From IMG/VR virus record IMGVR_UViG_3300020470_003428, positions 16,540-80,539 of that record: a stretch of DNA of 64,000 nucleotides. One strand, given 5' to 3'. The notes beneath the pieces are model-generated. The model worked only from the letters and a program-made list of their open reading frames with translations. It searched no databases and was not told the DNA's origin. This stretch comes from a virus. Each line of letters begins with the position of its first letter. Position 1 is the first letter of the stretch. Both the position numbers and the translations under genes were made by a program. Positions 35,994 to 44,086 of this stretch are shown here, one piece after another.

Positions 35994-36653
35994 TTATGTA
36001 TCAGCCTCTTGGCTAAATTGTCGTTGCCTTCTGATTTGGCCGTTAGCAATAAAGTCTTTACCACTGTTAATGGCACAGGAGACAACGGATCTTTGAATAT
36101 GGTCGACTGTGAAAGCAGGTTTGCATCCTAAGCGTTTAGCAGCATAAAGCATGCCATCGCATAGTTGCTCAATCATGTACTTAAAGTCTGGGTCCAACTG
36201 TCCAAAAGAGTCAGTGGTATTGATACCATCTGCTCCGTAGTTGTCTGGGTAACCTTCAAATCCAGCTTCTTGCCAGTCTGTTGAAATGAACGTAGAGTCG
36301 TCTTCCATTTTCGTGTTGCTTGCTTGTTGCTCGTCGCTAAAAAGGAGTACGTCGACGCCGAGGTCACGGTCGTATTGGATTCTTGTTGTGTAATGGTTTC
36401 CTTCGATTGGAGTTCCATCTGTGCTGAATGGCTCTCCTTTCTTGAATAACTCAGCGACTCTTTCTCGTGCTGATGCAGGGAACGCGACTGTTGCATGGAC
36501 AGGTGCTCCGTTCCTTCCTCTGACGAGGTAGTCGAACCTAACGAACCAATATCCTGCGTGTGCAGGTTTTGATTTGACGCAGGCTGATGGGACTCCTGTG
36601 AATTTGTGGAAGGACTTGTAAGGTGTTTTGGCTTTCGTAGGGGTGGTAACCAT
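35994..36653 (-). CDS. hypothetical protein
   Basis: 219-aa ORF. Confidence 0.7.
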   Translation of the reverse strand: MVTTPTKAKTPYKSFHKFTGVPSACVKSKPAHAGYWFVRFDYLVRGRNGAPVHATVAFPASARERVAELFKKGEPFSTDGTPIEGNHYTTRIQYDRDLGVDVLLFSDEQQASNTKMEDDSTFISTDWQEAGFEGYPDNYGADGINTTDSFGQLDPDFKYMIEQLCDGMLYAAKRLGCKPAFTVDHIQRSVVSCAINSGKDFIANGQIRRQRQFSQEADT

Positions 36654-36856
36654 TTGACTGAATAGGTGGGTGGGATGAAATGGGTAACGATAGCTTCTAT
36701 GTCTCGAAGACAGAAAACAATAGAGTCTCCTTGTCTGGAGGAGTTGCCTCCGACAAATACATCAGTCCATAGGAAAGCTAACGCTTCTTGCGTAACAGGA
36801 GTAAGGAAAACTTCACTAGCTCCTTTACGTGTTGAGACTAAGAAGTCATGTGTCAT
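36173..36856 (-). CDS. hypothetical protein with long overlapping tail
   Basis: ATGA-coupled to upstream gene; first ~68 codons unique, remainder overlaps 35994..36653. Confidence 0.45.
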   Translation of the reverse strand: MTHDFLVSTRKGASEVFLTPVTQEALAFLWTDVFVGGNSSRQGDSIVFCLRDIEAIVTHFIPPTYSVKWLPPLRKPKHLTSPSTNSQESHQPASNQNLHTQDIGSLGSTTSSEEGTEHLSMQQSRSLHQHEKESLSYSRKESHSAQMELQSKETITQQESNTTVTSASTYSFLATSNKQATRKWKTTLRSFQQTGKKLDLKVTQTTTEQMVSIPLTLLDSWTQTLST

Positions 36857-37515
36857 TCGAATCTAAAAGCTCGACGATTGTGCATCTTAACTCCTTGGAA
36901 TTGAACTCCATGTTTAAGGTGGTCTTTGATGGCTGATTTCTTAATAGAAACAGATACTTCTTTACAATCAAGAGGTATTTCTTCCCAATCGATATTGTCG
37001 TAGTCGATATCAATGACATTAGAAACCATCTTGGACTTCATCTCGAAGCTTGGAAAGCTGTATTTAGTTTCGTTCGGATGTAAGACGCTCATAACATCTA
37101 GGATCCTTTCCTCTATTTGATCAGCCTTGCGTTGAGCTTCCGAAGCTAAAGCATTTAGTCTCTTGACTTCTTGCTTACGTGCTTGCACCAAGGAGAGATA
37201 TTTCTGCCTGAGGTGAAGGATACGATCAGCTTCTTGTTCGAACTGTTCAGACTTACTTAAATACTCCTGAATGCTCTGATATAATTCATCTCTTTCTTCG
37301 TCTGTTTCTACATCTGCAAGTGAATCTATTAAGATCTCAATCGGACTTAAAGATCCTTTGCTTTGAATGTCGAGGTCGAAGGATGAAATCTGGGACTTTA
37401 GTTGGTTGGAGATCCCCTTCGCAGAGGTCACCGGAGTAGAGGGCGAGGCAGTAGTTACCTGCGTCTTCTGTTGTGTCGAAGCTTTCGACCCATTGGAGGT
37501 TGGTTTTGTGGTCAT
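36853..37515 (-). CDS. siphovirus Gp157-family protein
   Basis: Coiled coil (E.KRL.AL) and C-terminal IP.....KK.AIK..LK.G....GV. Confidence 0.7.
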   Translation of the reverse strand: MTTKPTSNGSKASTQQKTQVTTASPSTPVTSAKGISNQLKSQISSFDLDIQSKGSLSPIEILIDSLADVETDEERDELYQSIQEYLSKSEQFEQEADRILHLRQKYLSLVQARKQEVKRLNALASEAQRKADQIEERILDVMSVLHPNETKYSFPSFEMKSKMVSNVIDIDYDNIDWEEIPLDCKEVSVSIKKSAIKDHLKHGVQFQGVKMHNRRAFRFE

Positions 37516-37699
37516 GAATTTGAATCCTTTTGAAATTGTCTCGATAAGGAGTGGCTGTGTATCTATCCATGGGTTCTACCGAGTCTTGAGGTAAGTAGGC
37601 AGACCAATGAACGTACACGTCTTGCTTTGGGCTGTGGAATATCCTGAAGGGATTCATGTGAACTATCAATCGCTTCAAGAAGTTGTTGAATTCCGTCAT
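37337..37699 (-). CDS. hypothetical protein
   Basis: ORF overlapping 5' end of Gp157-like gene. Confidence 0.4.
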   Translation of the reverse strand: MTEFNNFLKRLIVHMNPFRIFHSPKQDVYVHWSAYLPQDSVEPMDRYTATPYRDNFKRIQIHDHKTNLQWVESFDTTEDAGNYCLALYSGDLCEGDLQPTKVPDFILRPRHSKQRIFKSD

Positions 37700-37866
37700 T
37701 GCGGCAATTGATCTTAGAAGCAGAACCATGTGCTAGCATTTCTAACTTGTAGGTAATTAGATGATGCCGAATAAAACAAGTTTTGGGTAGTCCTGGTCTT
37801 AAGCTTTAGCCAGAAAAGTGGAGCAGACCATCCACAAGATTGGATTGCAGCCAGGACTATCACTTG

Positions 37867-38283
37867 TTATGCAGCAGCAGTGGCTTGCTTCTTGGCAGTA
37901 TTATTCTTAGCAATGGCAGCATTGTCAGCGGCTGACTGTTGAACCATCTTTGCTATGTACTCGCCAGAGATTGTCCAGCCTTGGTAGACTCTAGTTTCGT
38001 AGGTCTGACCTGTGGTAGGACATGTGAAGTCTTCTCCTTCTACAACTGGGCATGACATCAGTTCAGCGACAGAAGTCTTTTTGATGATCTCAGCACAGTC
38101 TTCATAGGAAGTTTTGAAAACTCTAGGGATACCTTCGTACTTACCACCGAGTCGGTTAAGTTGCCATGCGTTGACAGTGGCACCACCTTCTCTGTATCGG
38201 TAATACGTAAGGAGACCACCGAAGAACTCTGCAAATGCAGGATCATCTTTGGTGTAGAAATTGGGTTTGGTTTTGGTGTTCAT
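37867..38283 (-). CDS. hypothetical early protein
   Basis: Biased codon usage; start set at ATG 38283 downstream of motif copy 3. Confidence 0.75.
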   Translation of the reverse strand: MNTKTKPNFYTKDDPAFAEFFGGLLTYYRYREGGATVNAWQLNRLGGKYEGIPRVFKTSYEDCAEIIKKTSVAELMSCPVVEGEDFTCPTTGQTYETRVYQGWTISGEYIAKMVQQSAADNAAIAKNNTAKKQATAAA

Positions 38284-38325
38284 TGTGATTGTGAACGTGA
38301 ACAACCCCCATCATCAACACAAAAA

Positions 38326-38343
38326 GTACTGATGAAAAAGGTC
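38326..38343 (-). promoter_or_regulatory. early cassette motif, copy 3 (no hairpin; operon head)
   Basis: GACCTTTTTCATCAGTAC between divergent genes. Confidence 0.75.
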
Positions 38344-38400
38344 AAATAAGAAAATGAAACAACGTTAAACTATAGAGAGAACGGTTGTTTCATTGAATCG

Positions 38401-39024
38401 ATGGCTGAACAGAGGGTAAGACGTAGAGACATAGCAATGGCTGCTCTACAGGAGAAATTAGCTGAACTACAGCAGAAGGTTGGAAATATTCCACAAGGTA
38501 TTACCGATAAAGCTCAGTCATTAGAGCAAATGGTGATAAATCAAGCATCTGATAGGGCTCGTAACGCTAGAACTCAGCAGATTAGTAATATTTCTGGGGG
38601 ATATAGGCGTCAAGCAGAGAAAGGAAATGAGCAGATATTCAAATTATTAGCAGCTGCAATATTCGAGGAGGCAAATGATGTGACTGTCGCTGCTGTTAAA
38701 CAACGCATAGGAACACACGGATTAGATTCTGTAGTTCAGGAAGCTGCAAAGAATACAGCTAGACCAAAATACAGTGTTAATACTGCATATCAATCTGTTA
38801 ACGAGGCAATTGCTAATGATCCAAATATCAGAAGAGTAGGTGGACCCGTAGCGGCAGCAGCTGGTGCAGTAGCAGGAACTGGAGCATTAATGGAATGGAA
38901 TGATCCTGACAGAGGTTTTGCAATCGTAGCTGGACCTAATGTCAATCAGGCAGCGATGCAGGATATCATAGAATTCCTAGAGAATGGTGATCCTCTAAGA
39001 AGAGAGACAGAAACAATCGCATGA
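38401..39024 (+). CDS. hypothetical Ala-rich protein (possible virion protein)
   Basis: 207-aa ORF. Confidence 0.7.
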   Translation: MAEQRVRRRDIAMAALQEKLAELQQKVGNIPQGITDKAQSLEQMVINQASDRARNARTQQISNISGGYRRQAEKGNEQIFKLLAAAIFEEANDVTVAAVKQRIGTHGLDSVVQEAAKNTARPKYSVNTAYQSVNEAIANDPNIRRVGGPVAAAAGAVAGTGALMEWNDPDRGFAIVAGPNVNQAAMQDIIEFLENGDPLRRETETIA

Positions 39025-39251
39025 GATTAGCTGGCGACCTATTTGATTTTGATCTGACCGAGGGTTTAACTGCAGGTAATATTGACAGCCTGAGGCGTGG
39101 CTTCAGGGCTGACAAGATGATACCTAGGTCTTTAACTCGTGGTTTCTATGATATTAAAGATATACAGAGGAATGAGATGGCTCCTGAGAATAGCGAGCCT
39201 GAATATACATTGACAGGTGCTTACCAGCCTGAAGTCACCTATGGGCTTTAA
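39021..39251 (+). CDS. hypothetical protein
   Basis: 76-aa ORF, ATGA-coupled. Confidence 0.6.
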   Translation: MRLAGDLFDFDLTEGLTAGNIDSLRRGFRADKMIPRSLTRGFYDIKDIQRNEMAPENSEPEYTLTGAYQPEVTYGL

Positions 39252-39853
39252 GTCTCGATCTTATCTCCGTAATAATTAACATTAATCACTGACCTATAAG
39301 GTTTATCGGTACAAGTAGCACCTCTATGTGGATATTTGTTGGAGAAGATAATAGCTCTATTAGCAACAGTATCTATCTTTTGTTCGAAGTTGTCTAAGTC
39401 TGGGTGTTGAACATTGGTCCATCCATTACATGTATTTAAATGGATGATGGCAACCATGCAATTGTCTCCGTATGCCTCAGGTGGATTTTCGTCATGGTGG
39501 TAGGGAGCAGGTATATGCTTTCCTTTTGCACAGTTAAGGTTGACCTTAATTCTGACAGGCACTCTGGATTTGAGGGCAAACAGCATAGGAATGAATCTAT
39601 TGAAATGTTGAGATATATGAAATTCTGGTGAGACAGAGTAATGGTTAGCTACGAATTGAAGATTAGCGTCAGGTGGTAAGTCTTTGAAATACTCTATATA
39701 TCGTTTCTTCTCACTATCTGGCATATTAGGGTCTCCTATACCAGAAATAGTGCTTATCTCCCAAGGTTGATAGACTTCGCACCAATGGTTAAGTTCGTCG
39801 AAGTATTTCTTATCTAGGAAGTTATCAATGATTTGGACGTCTTCTAGTGCCAT
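39248..39853 (-). CDS. 2OG-Fe(II) oxygenase
   Basis: RIKVNL...HHD...LNTCNG.T...H...TCTD...R.VIN.NY. Confidence 0.85.
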   Translation of the reverse strand: MALEDVQIIDNFLDKKYFDELNHWCEVYQPWEISTISGIGDPNMPDSEKKRYIEYFKDLPPDANLQFVANHYSVSPEFHISQHFNRFIPMLFALKSRVPVRIKVNLNCAKGKHIPAPYHHDENPPEAYGDNCMVAIIHLNTCNGWTNVQHPDLDNFEQKIDTVANRAIIFSNKYPHRGATCTDKPYRSVINVNYYGDKIET

Positions 39854-39930
39854 TAGTAATTTTGATAGACATAGTTAACAATAAGGTAAACGCTGACAAC
39901 AATAATTGCCAATAATAAGAGGTGAGTCAT
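39853..39930 (-). CDS. 25-aa membrane peptide
   Basis: Own translation MTHLLLLAIIVVSVYLIVNYVYQNY; TAATG-coupled. Confidence 0.45.
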   Translation of the reverse strand: MTHLLLLAIIVVSVYLIVNYVYQNY

Positions 39931-39949
39931 GGGTGCTGATGTAAGAGAG

Positions 39950-39982
39950 AAAAAAAGCCCTAACAGTTAGAGCTATTAGGGC
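39950..39982 (-). terminator. intrinsic terminator closing the early cassette array
   Basis: GCCCUAAUAG/CUGUUAGGGC stem plus U7. Confidence 0.8.
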
Positions 39983-39988
39983 AATATA

Positions 39989-40360
39989 TTAGTCCTTGTT
40001 TGGGTAGAAGTTGGGGTACTTCTTCTTGCTTATAACGTGATTGTTTATATTACGAGGCACACCTCGCTTATCACGGTAGACGCAAATTTCACCATCGTAA
40101 AACTCAGCTAGAAATTGAGCTAGTTCTAGTGGTACGTTCCTCATTGCAAAGAGGAGTTTAACTATAAGAGGGATAATTGGTCGAGAGGCTGCATTAATAA
40201 AACGAGCAAGAAGGTCAAGGATGTTCTTTGCCTTCCGATAGGTTTTCATTGCGAATTCGGAAAGTCTTGCCATAAGATTAACGCGGTTTGACTCATTTAG
40301 CTCTTCATAGTCAATGTCAAGGACTTCTCCAGGGACTTCGGTAGTCAGGATGGAGTTCAT
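39989..40360 (-). CDS. early hypothetical protein
   Basis: Start reassigned to ATG 40360 (4 nt after motif). Confidence 0.7.
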   Translation of the reverse strand: MNSILTTEVPGEVLDIDYEELNESNRVNLMARLSEFAMKTYRKAKNILDLLARFINAASRPIIPLIVKLLFAMRNVPLELAQFLAEFYDGEICVYRDKRGVPRNINNHVISKKKYPNFYPNKD

Positions 40361-40415
40361 AAAAGTACTGATGAAAAGGTACAAAAAAGCCCCACCTCAA
40401 GGGCAGGGCTGGGGT

Positions 40416-40598
40416 TTAAATGTGAGATTCATCAAGAGTGTCGTCAAAGAGCAGTTGGTCGGCTGCATAGCCTTCAACATCCGGAATCTCGTCAGGTTCA
40501 TAAATGTTCTCTCCGACAGGGATGCCATCGGAGTTCTTTATGATCTTGTGAGGGTTGGCCTTCATAGGAAAGCCTTCGAAGCCACGTCGGTCACTCAT
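40416..40598 (-). CDS. early acidic small protein
   Basis: 60-aa ORF, TAATG-coupled. Confidence 0.6.
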   Translation of the reverse strand: MSDRRGFEGFPMKANPHKIIKNSDGIPVGENIYEPDEIPDVEGYAADQLLFDDTLDESHI

Positions 40599-40897
40599 TA
40601 GTTATCCTCGTTGAGGTCTGAGTATTCTGACATAGCCTTCTCTTGTTTGGACTCGAGTTCAGCCTGACGCTTGGCATAATCAACAAGTTGCATCTTGCTT
40701 TGATCGTGAGACCATTTCAAGATGTCATATCTATGGTTGATCTTTTCAAGTAGAGTCTTGTGAATTCTCTCTAGGCCGGGCTTATTGAAGAGGTGCATAG
40801 CATCAAGAAGAGCTAGTGCCTCCTTAACAGTGATCCATCCTAGATCGATATCAAGATCTTCTACTTTGGGTTCAGGTTGATCGTACTTAGATAGCAT
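40598..40897 (-). CDS. early hypothetical protein
   Basis: 99-aa ORF, ATG 3 nt after motif. Confidence 0.7.
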   Translation of the reverse strand: MLSKYDQPEPKVEDLDIDLGWITVKEALALLDAMHLFNKPGLERIHKTLLEKINHRYDILKWSHDQSKMQLVDYAKRQAELESKQEKAMSEYSDLNEDN

Positions 40898-40963
40898 GTC
40901 GTACTGATGAAAAGGTACAAAAAAGCCCCATCCAGCATGTGAAAGCTAGACAGGGCTGTTGGG

Positions 40964-41548
40964 TTAGAAGTCAGCGATAGCAGTATTCTCTTTAGGAGCG
41001 CTAGTCAAGACATCGAAGGCAAAAACCTTCTTGCTTGGGTTGTAGCGCAGAGTCTTCTCTTTCTGACCAGTAGGTTGACCATTGTCATCCAAGATGTCTC
41101 TTAGTTCAATGTCTTCCTTCTTTGAGTACCATTCCCAGTAGAGTCTTACAACTGCATATTCAGTCGTGTCAACCAATTCCATGATTTGGTCTCCTACTGG
41201 GTTTGGCTCTGCCTCTGTGCCATTGTTCCAGAAGTCAAACCAGGTTTCCCTGACTTTAACTTTCTGGTACTTGCCGTCACCCATGAAGATGTCGACTGAC
41301 TCTCTTACAGGAGCAACAAAGAGGTTAGGAGAGATAACTGTGCCATCTTTCCTAGTACCAGGTTTTGCATAATTGATCAGACCAACCGTAGTAAAGTCTG
41401 CCCTCTGCTTACGGATCTCTAGCTTAGAAAGGGTTGGAGACTGAGCAGCTAATAGCTCCTCATATTTATCAGCAACCTCATTCTTTGTGCCAGATGCAAT
41501 CCTTTGCTTAGGAGTCATTTCTGCAAAAGTGGTAGAAGCGTTAGCCAT
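40964..41548 (-). CDS. early hypothetical protein
   Basis: Start reassigned to ATG 41548. Confidence 0.75.
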   Translation of the reverse strand: MANASTTFAEMTPKQRIASGTKNEVADKYEELLAAQSPTLSKLEIRKQRADFTTVGLINYAKPGTRKDGTVISPNLFVAPVRESVDIFMGDGKYQKVKVRETWFDFWNNGTEAEPNPVGDQIMELVDTTEYAVVRLYWEWYSKKEDIELRDILDDNGQPTGQKEKTLRYNPSKKVFAFDVLTSAPKENTAIADF

Positions 41549-41624
41549 AGTACGCAGCACTAAAAGTACTGATGAAAAGGTACAAAAAAGCCCCCACTCA
41601 GAGAAGTTGAGCAGGGGCGTTGGG

Positions 41625-41801
41625 TTAGTCAGTCCAAAAATCGAAGCTACTATCCCAGCCTTCAGCTGAAATATGTCTATAGGCATCGATACGAGCGTGG
41701 GCTCTTTGGGCTGACCCGTCTTCTAAGAATGAAAGCAACGCTGCACGTATAGAATCTTGTGCGGTGGCAGGCCGACCTTCATATAAAAAACTAGAAGCCA
41801 T
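41625..41801 (-). CDS. early small protein (58 aa)
   Basis: Own translation MASSFLYEGRPATAQDSIRAALLSFLEDG...DFWTD; fills the space between two elements exactly. Confidence 0.65.
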   Translation of the reverse strand: MASSFLYEGRPATAQDSIRAALLSFLEDGSAQRAHARIDAYRHISAEGWDSSFDFWTD

Positions 41802-41883
41802 GGTGGTGAGCAGTACCTAAAACGTACTGATGAAAATGGACAAAAAACCCCCACTCATACAAAAAATGAGCAGGGGTGTGGGG

Positions 41884-42036
41884 CTAGGCATCATATTCCT
41901 CTACGACCTTCTTGATATGTTCAAATTCTCTTTCGATGATCTCTAACTCTGCAGGAGTGAATAGAGAATGCATCTCTTCTTTGAACTGAAGGTTGGACTT
42001 AGCAATTTCCAAGGAATTAGGCTGACCGTTAAACAT
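41884..42036 (-). CDS. early small acidic protein (50 aa)
   Basis: Own translation MFNGQPNSLEIAKSNLQFKEEMHSLF...EEYDA; fills the space between two elements exactly. Confidence 0.65.
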   Translation of the reverse strand: MFNGQPNSLEIAKSNLQFKEEMHSLFTPAELEIIEREFEHIKKVVEEYDA

Positions 42037-42099
42037 AACGTACTGATGAAAGGGAACGAAAAACCCCCACTCAGAGAGAAACTGAGCAGGGGTGTTGGG

Positions 42100-42360
42100 T
42101 TAGAAAGGGAGATCGTCGTACTGACTTGAGTCTCCTACCTTCGCAGGTAAGGACTCATTCTCGATTCTTATCAGATTGTCAATAACTGTGTCTTTGATCC
42201 TGATCAACTGTTTCTGCGTTAGAACTTGGCTGTGGCCATGCTCAAGCAAATCCATGATCGTCTCAAAGCGAGACAGGCCGACCTCAGTCCTAGAAGGAGG
42301 CTGGGGAGTGGCTTTGAAATCTGCGTAAGGAGAGGAGATTTGTGGCGCTTGTGTCGTCAT
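42100..42360 (-). CDS. early small protein ending DDLPF
   Basis: Start reassigned to ATG 42360. Confidence 0.7.
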   Translation of the reverse strand: MTTQAPQISSPYADFKATPQPPSRTEVGLSRFETIMDLLEHGHSQVLTQKQLIRIKDTVIDNLIRIENESLPAKVGDSSQYDDLPF

Positions 42361-42422
42361 CGTAAAAGTACTGATGAAAAGGGACAAAAATACCCCCACT
42401 CAAGCAGAGCAGGGGCAAAACT

Positions 42423-42800
42423 TTAATGCCAAACTAAGCCTTCTTTACATATTTCTAGAATCTCAAGGGATCTATCATATGTCAGATCGGCGTTGGCAGA
42501 GAGGAGGAGCCTGAGACAGAGCTCGGGATCTTTGGTGGATCCGATGGACTCATCCTCAGGAATGAGACTGAGATCAAACTTACCCCATCCGTAAGACAGG
42601 AAGTCACGATATTTAGCAATAGGACCACCCTCGACAGCGACATGAAATGCTAAATCAACTTCGTCGATCTCCATTTTCTCGTAAGCGCAGTCCAAGGCAT
42701 TCATAAGGATCTGGTAGTAATCGGCAATCCCAGAACGGACGCCGGCTAACTTCTCAAGATCACTATCTGAACACTTAGCAGGATAAAGACGCGTACCCAT
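42423..42800 (-). CDS. early acidic protein
   Basis: 125-aa ORF, ATG 3 nt after motif. Confidence 0.7.
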   Translation of the reverse strand: MGTRLYPAKCSDSDLEKLAGVRSGIADYYQILMNALDCAYEKMEIDEVDLAFHVAVEGGPIAKYRDFLSYGWGKFDLSLIPEDESIGSTKDPELCLRLLLSANADLTYDRSLEILEICKEGLVWH

Positions 42801-42869
42801 AATGTACCGATGAAAAGGAACAAAAAAACCCCACCTAGCGGCGGGGTAGCGCGCAGTAGTACGGAACTA

Positions 42870-43025
42870 CTACATGAATACAGGAGCTAAAGGATTGAAG
42901 AATCTAGTGACAGACTGACCAACCCAGTACCAACGGATGACAGTGCCTAGGGCTATGCAGATGGCGAGATACCAGCCGGTATGCTCCATTGCAAAGTCAA
43001 CAACGTCATGGAATAAGCGATTCAT
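42870..43025 (-). CDS. early small membrane protein
   Basis: Start reassigned to ATG 43025; one TM helix. Confidence 0.65.
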   Translation of the reverse strand: MNRLFHDVVDFAMEHTGWYLAICIALGTVIRWYWVGQSVTRFFNPLAPVFM

Positions 43026-43090
43026 GGAATGTACTGATGAAAGGGTACAAAAAACCCCCACTTCATAGAAACGAAGCAGGGGATTTAAGG

Positions 43091-43294
43091 TTATGACCAC
43101 TGTCTAACGACTTGTGGATTACCTTGACCGAAGGCTGTCCTCCACTGCTGAAGCTGGTGGAAAGCATCCTTTGGGCCAAGATCAGGGACTAACTTGCCTA
43201 ACCGTCTGCACTTAGCACTCATGATCACACCATGCCTGGAGATGATGGCGAGCTTATTACCTTGTGCAAAATCGTAGCGAGTTTCAGTAAACAT
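43091..43294 (-). CDS. first early gene, hypothetical
   Basis: 67-aa ORF, ATG 6 nt after motif. Confidence 0.65.
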   Translation of the reverse strand: MFTETRYDFAQGNKLAIISRHGVIMSAKCRRLGKLVPDLGPKDAFHQLQQWRTAFGQGNPQVVRQWS

Positions 43295-43389
43295 GAAAAT
43301 GTACCGATGAAAAGTGACACTAACATCGGATTAACATAGTTTTGACATACGTCTACGCTTGGTAGCCATCAAAGGAACAATAGCTACAA

Positions 43390-43767
43390 GCGAATGTTAT
43401 GTGAGAAGAATTGCGTAGCAATTCGAACACAAACATGAGCGACAATAAGGATAGCGAATAGCGAATATTACTGTGATGAATCACGAAGTGATTTACACAT
43501 AATATGAGCGTAATGAGCGTTCAAAGGTTCCCCAGTGATGCGTAAACGCAGCAGCTATGTAGGGTTGTCAAGGGATTTGGCGCACTCGCAAGCGCAAGAG
43601 GGAGGCGTGGGATAAACGCGCTATGCATGCGCATATACGCTGGATAACTGTTGCTAACGCAGAAGACAAAGGGGAACAGGTGAACGCACAAGAGTTGACA
43701 AAGGAACGCGTCCCTCAAGCGAGCGATTGATGCGCTAATTAGGAACTAATTACGCACAATTGCGAGC
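43390..43767 (+). other. structured non-coding region with three GNA-triloop/tandem-GA hairpins and a long rod
   Basis: Hairpins at 43390-43440, 43461-43509, 43719-43767; nested helices 43517-43687. Confidence 0.7.
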
Positions 43768-44086
43768 GCTAATTAACACACACTTAACAGAAACGTTGCG
43801 TCGCTTAACATCAGAGCAACATCGGTGCGCTAGAATCGCCCCTTATTTTTTTGTTTACGCGGTATCGCAACTTGCAGTGGGTGTTTGATGTATAGCGCGG
43901 AGAGCAAAAAATTAGCAATTTCTCCCGCGAGGCTATATAGGGAATAACATCGCTTCATAGTGAAAATTCGCGACGTCAAATTCTGTGAAATTTTTTGTTC
44001 CCTATTTCCCGCGAGGCGCTTACCGGCGAAACCCTAGTAATCAGAGCCGATAGACTTGTAATACGTGGAATGTGTATCTGAGTCGA

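Larger units (their letters stand above)
40365..43318 (-). repeat. array of 9 intergenic elements (terminator-like hairpin + TTTTCATC[A/G]GTAC) separating gene cassettes
   Basis: Motif starts (+ strand GTAC[T/C]GATGAAA) at 40365, 40901, 41566, 41824, 42040, 42368, 42804, 43031, 43301; all but the last have an upstream GC-rich hairpin and U-run. Confidence 0.9.

Noticed and set aside
39989-43100. ORF-track N-terminal extensions reading LFISTFM or FSSV
   Set aside because: These are translations of the regulatory element; starts were moved to the ATG after the motif.
40355-43305. TACnnT at the motif end as a sigma70 -10 box
   Set aside because: Present in 11 of 12 copies, but the ATG often follows within 0-3 nt, which would put the TSS inside the ORF; no -35 at proper spacing.
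40365-43318. CTGATGA in the repeat read as a hammerhead ribozyme core
   Set aside because: No stem II or correctly placed GAAA follows, two copies have CCGATGA, and it would be antisense to the genes while G-U pairs favour the minus strand.
40365-43318. Repeat array as CRISPR or integron attC sites
   Set aside because: Spacers are whole ORFs of variable length, with no cas or integrase gene. TAAC follows some stops, but a matching GTTRRRY core is not conserved.
43521-43718. 65-aa minus-strand ORF in the non-coding region
   Set aside because: Non-ATG start, no motif or RBS, and it coincides with strong secondary structure.
43390-43767. Retron msr-msd
   Set aside because: No reverse transcriptase gene in the window and no a1/a2 arrangement identified.
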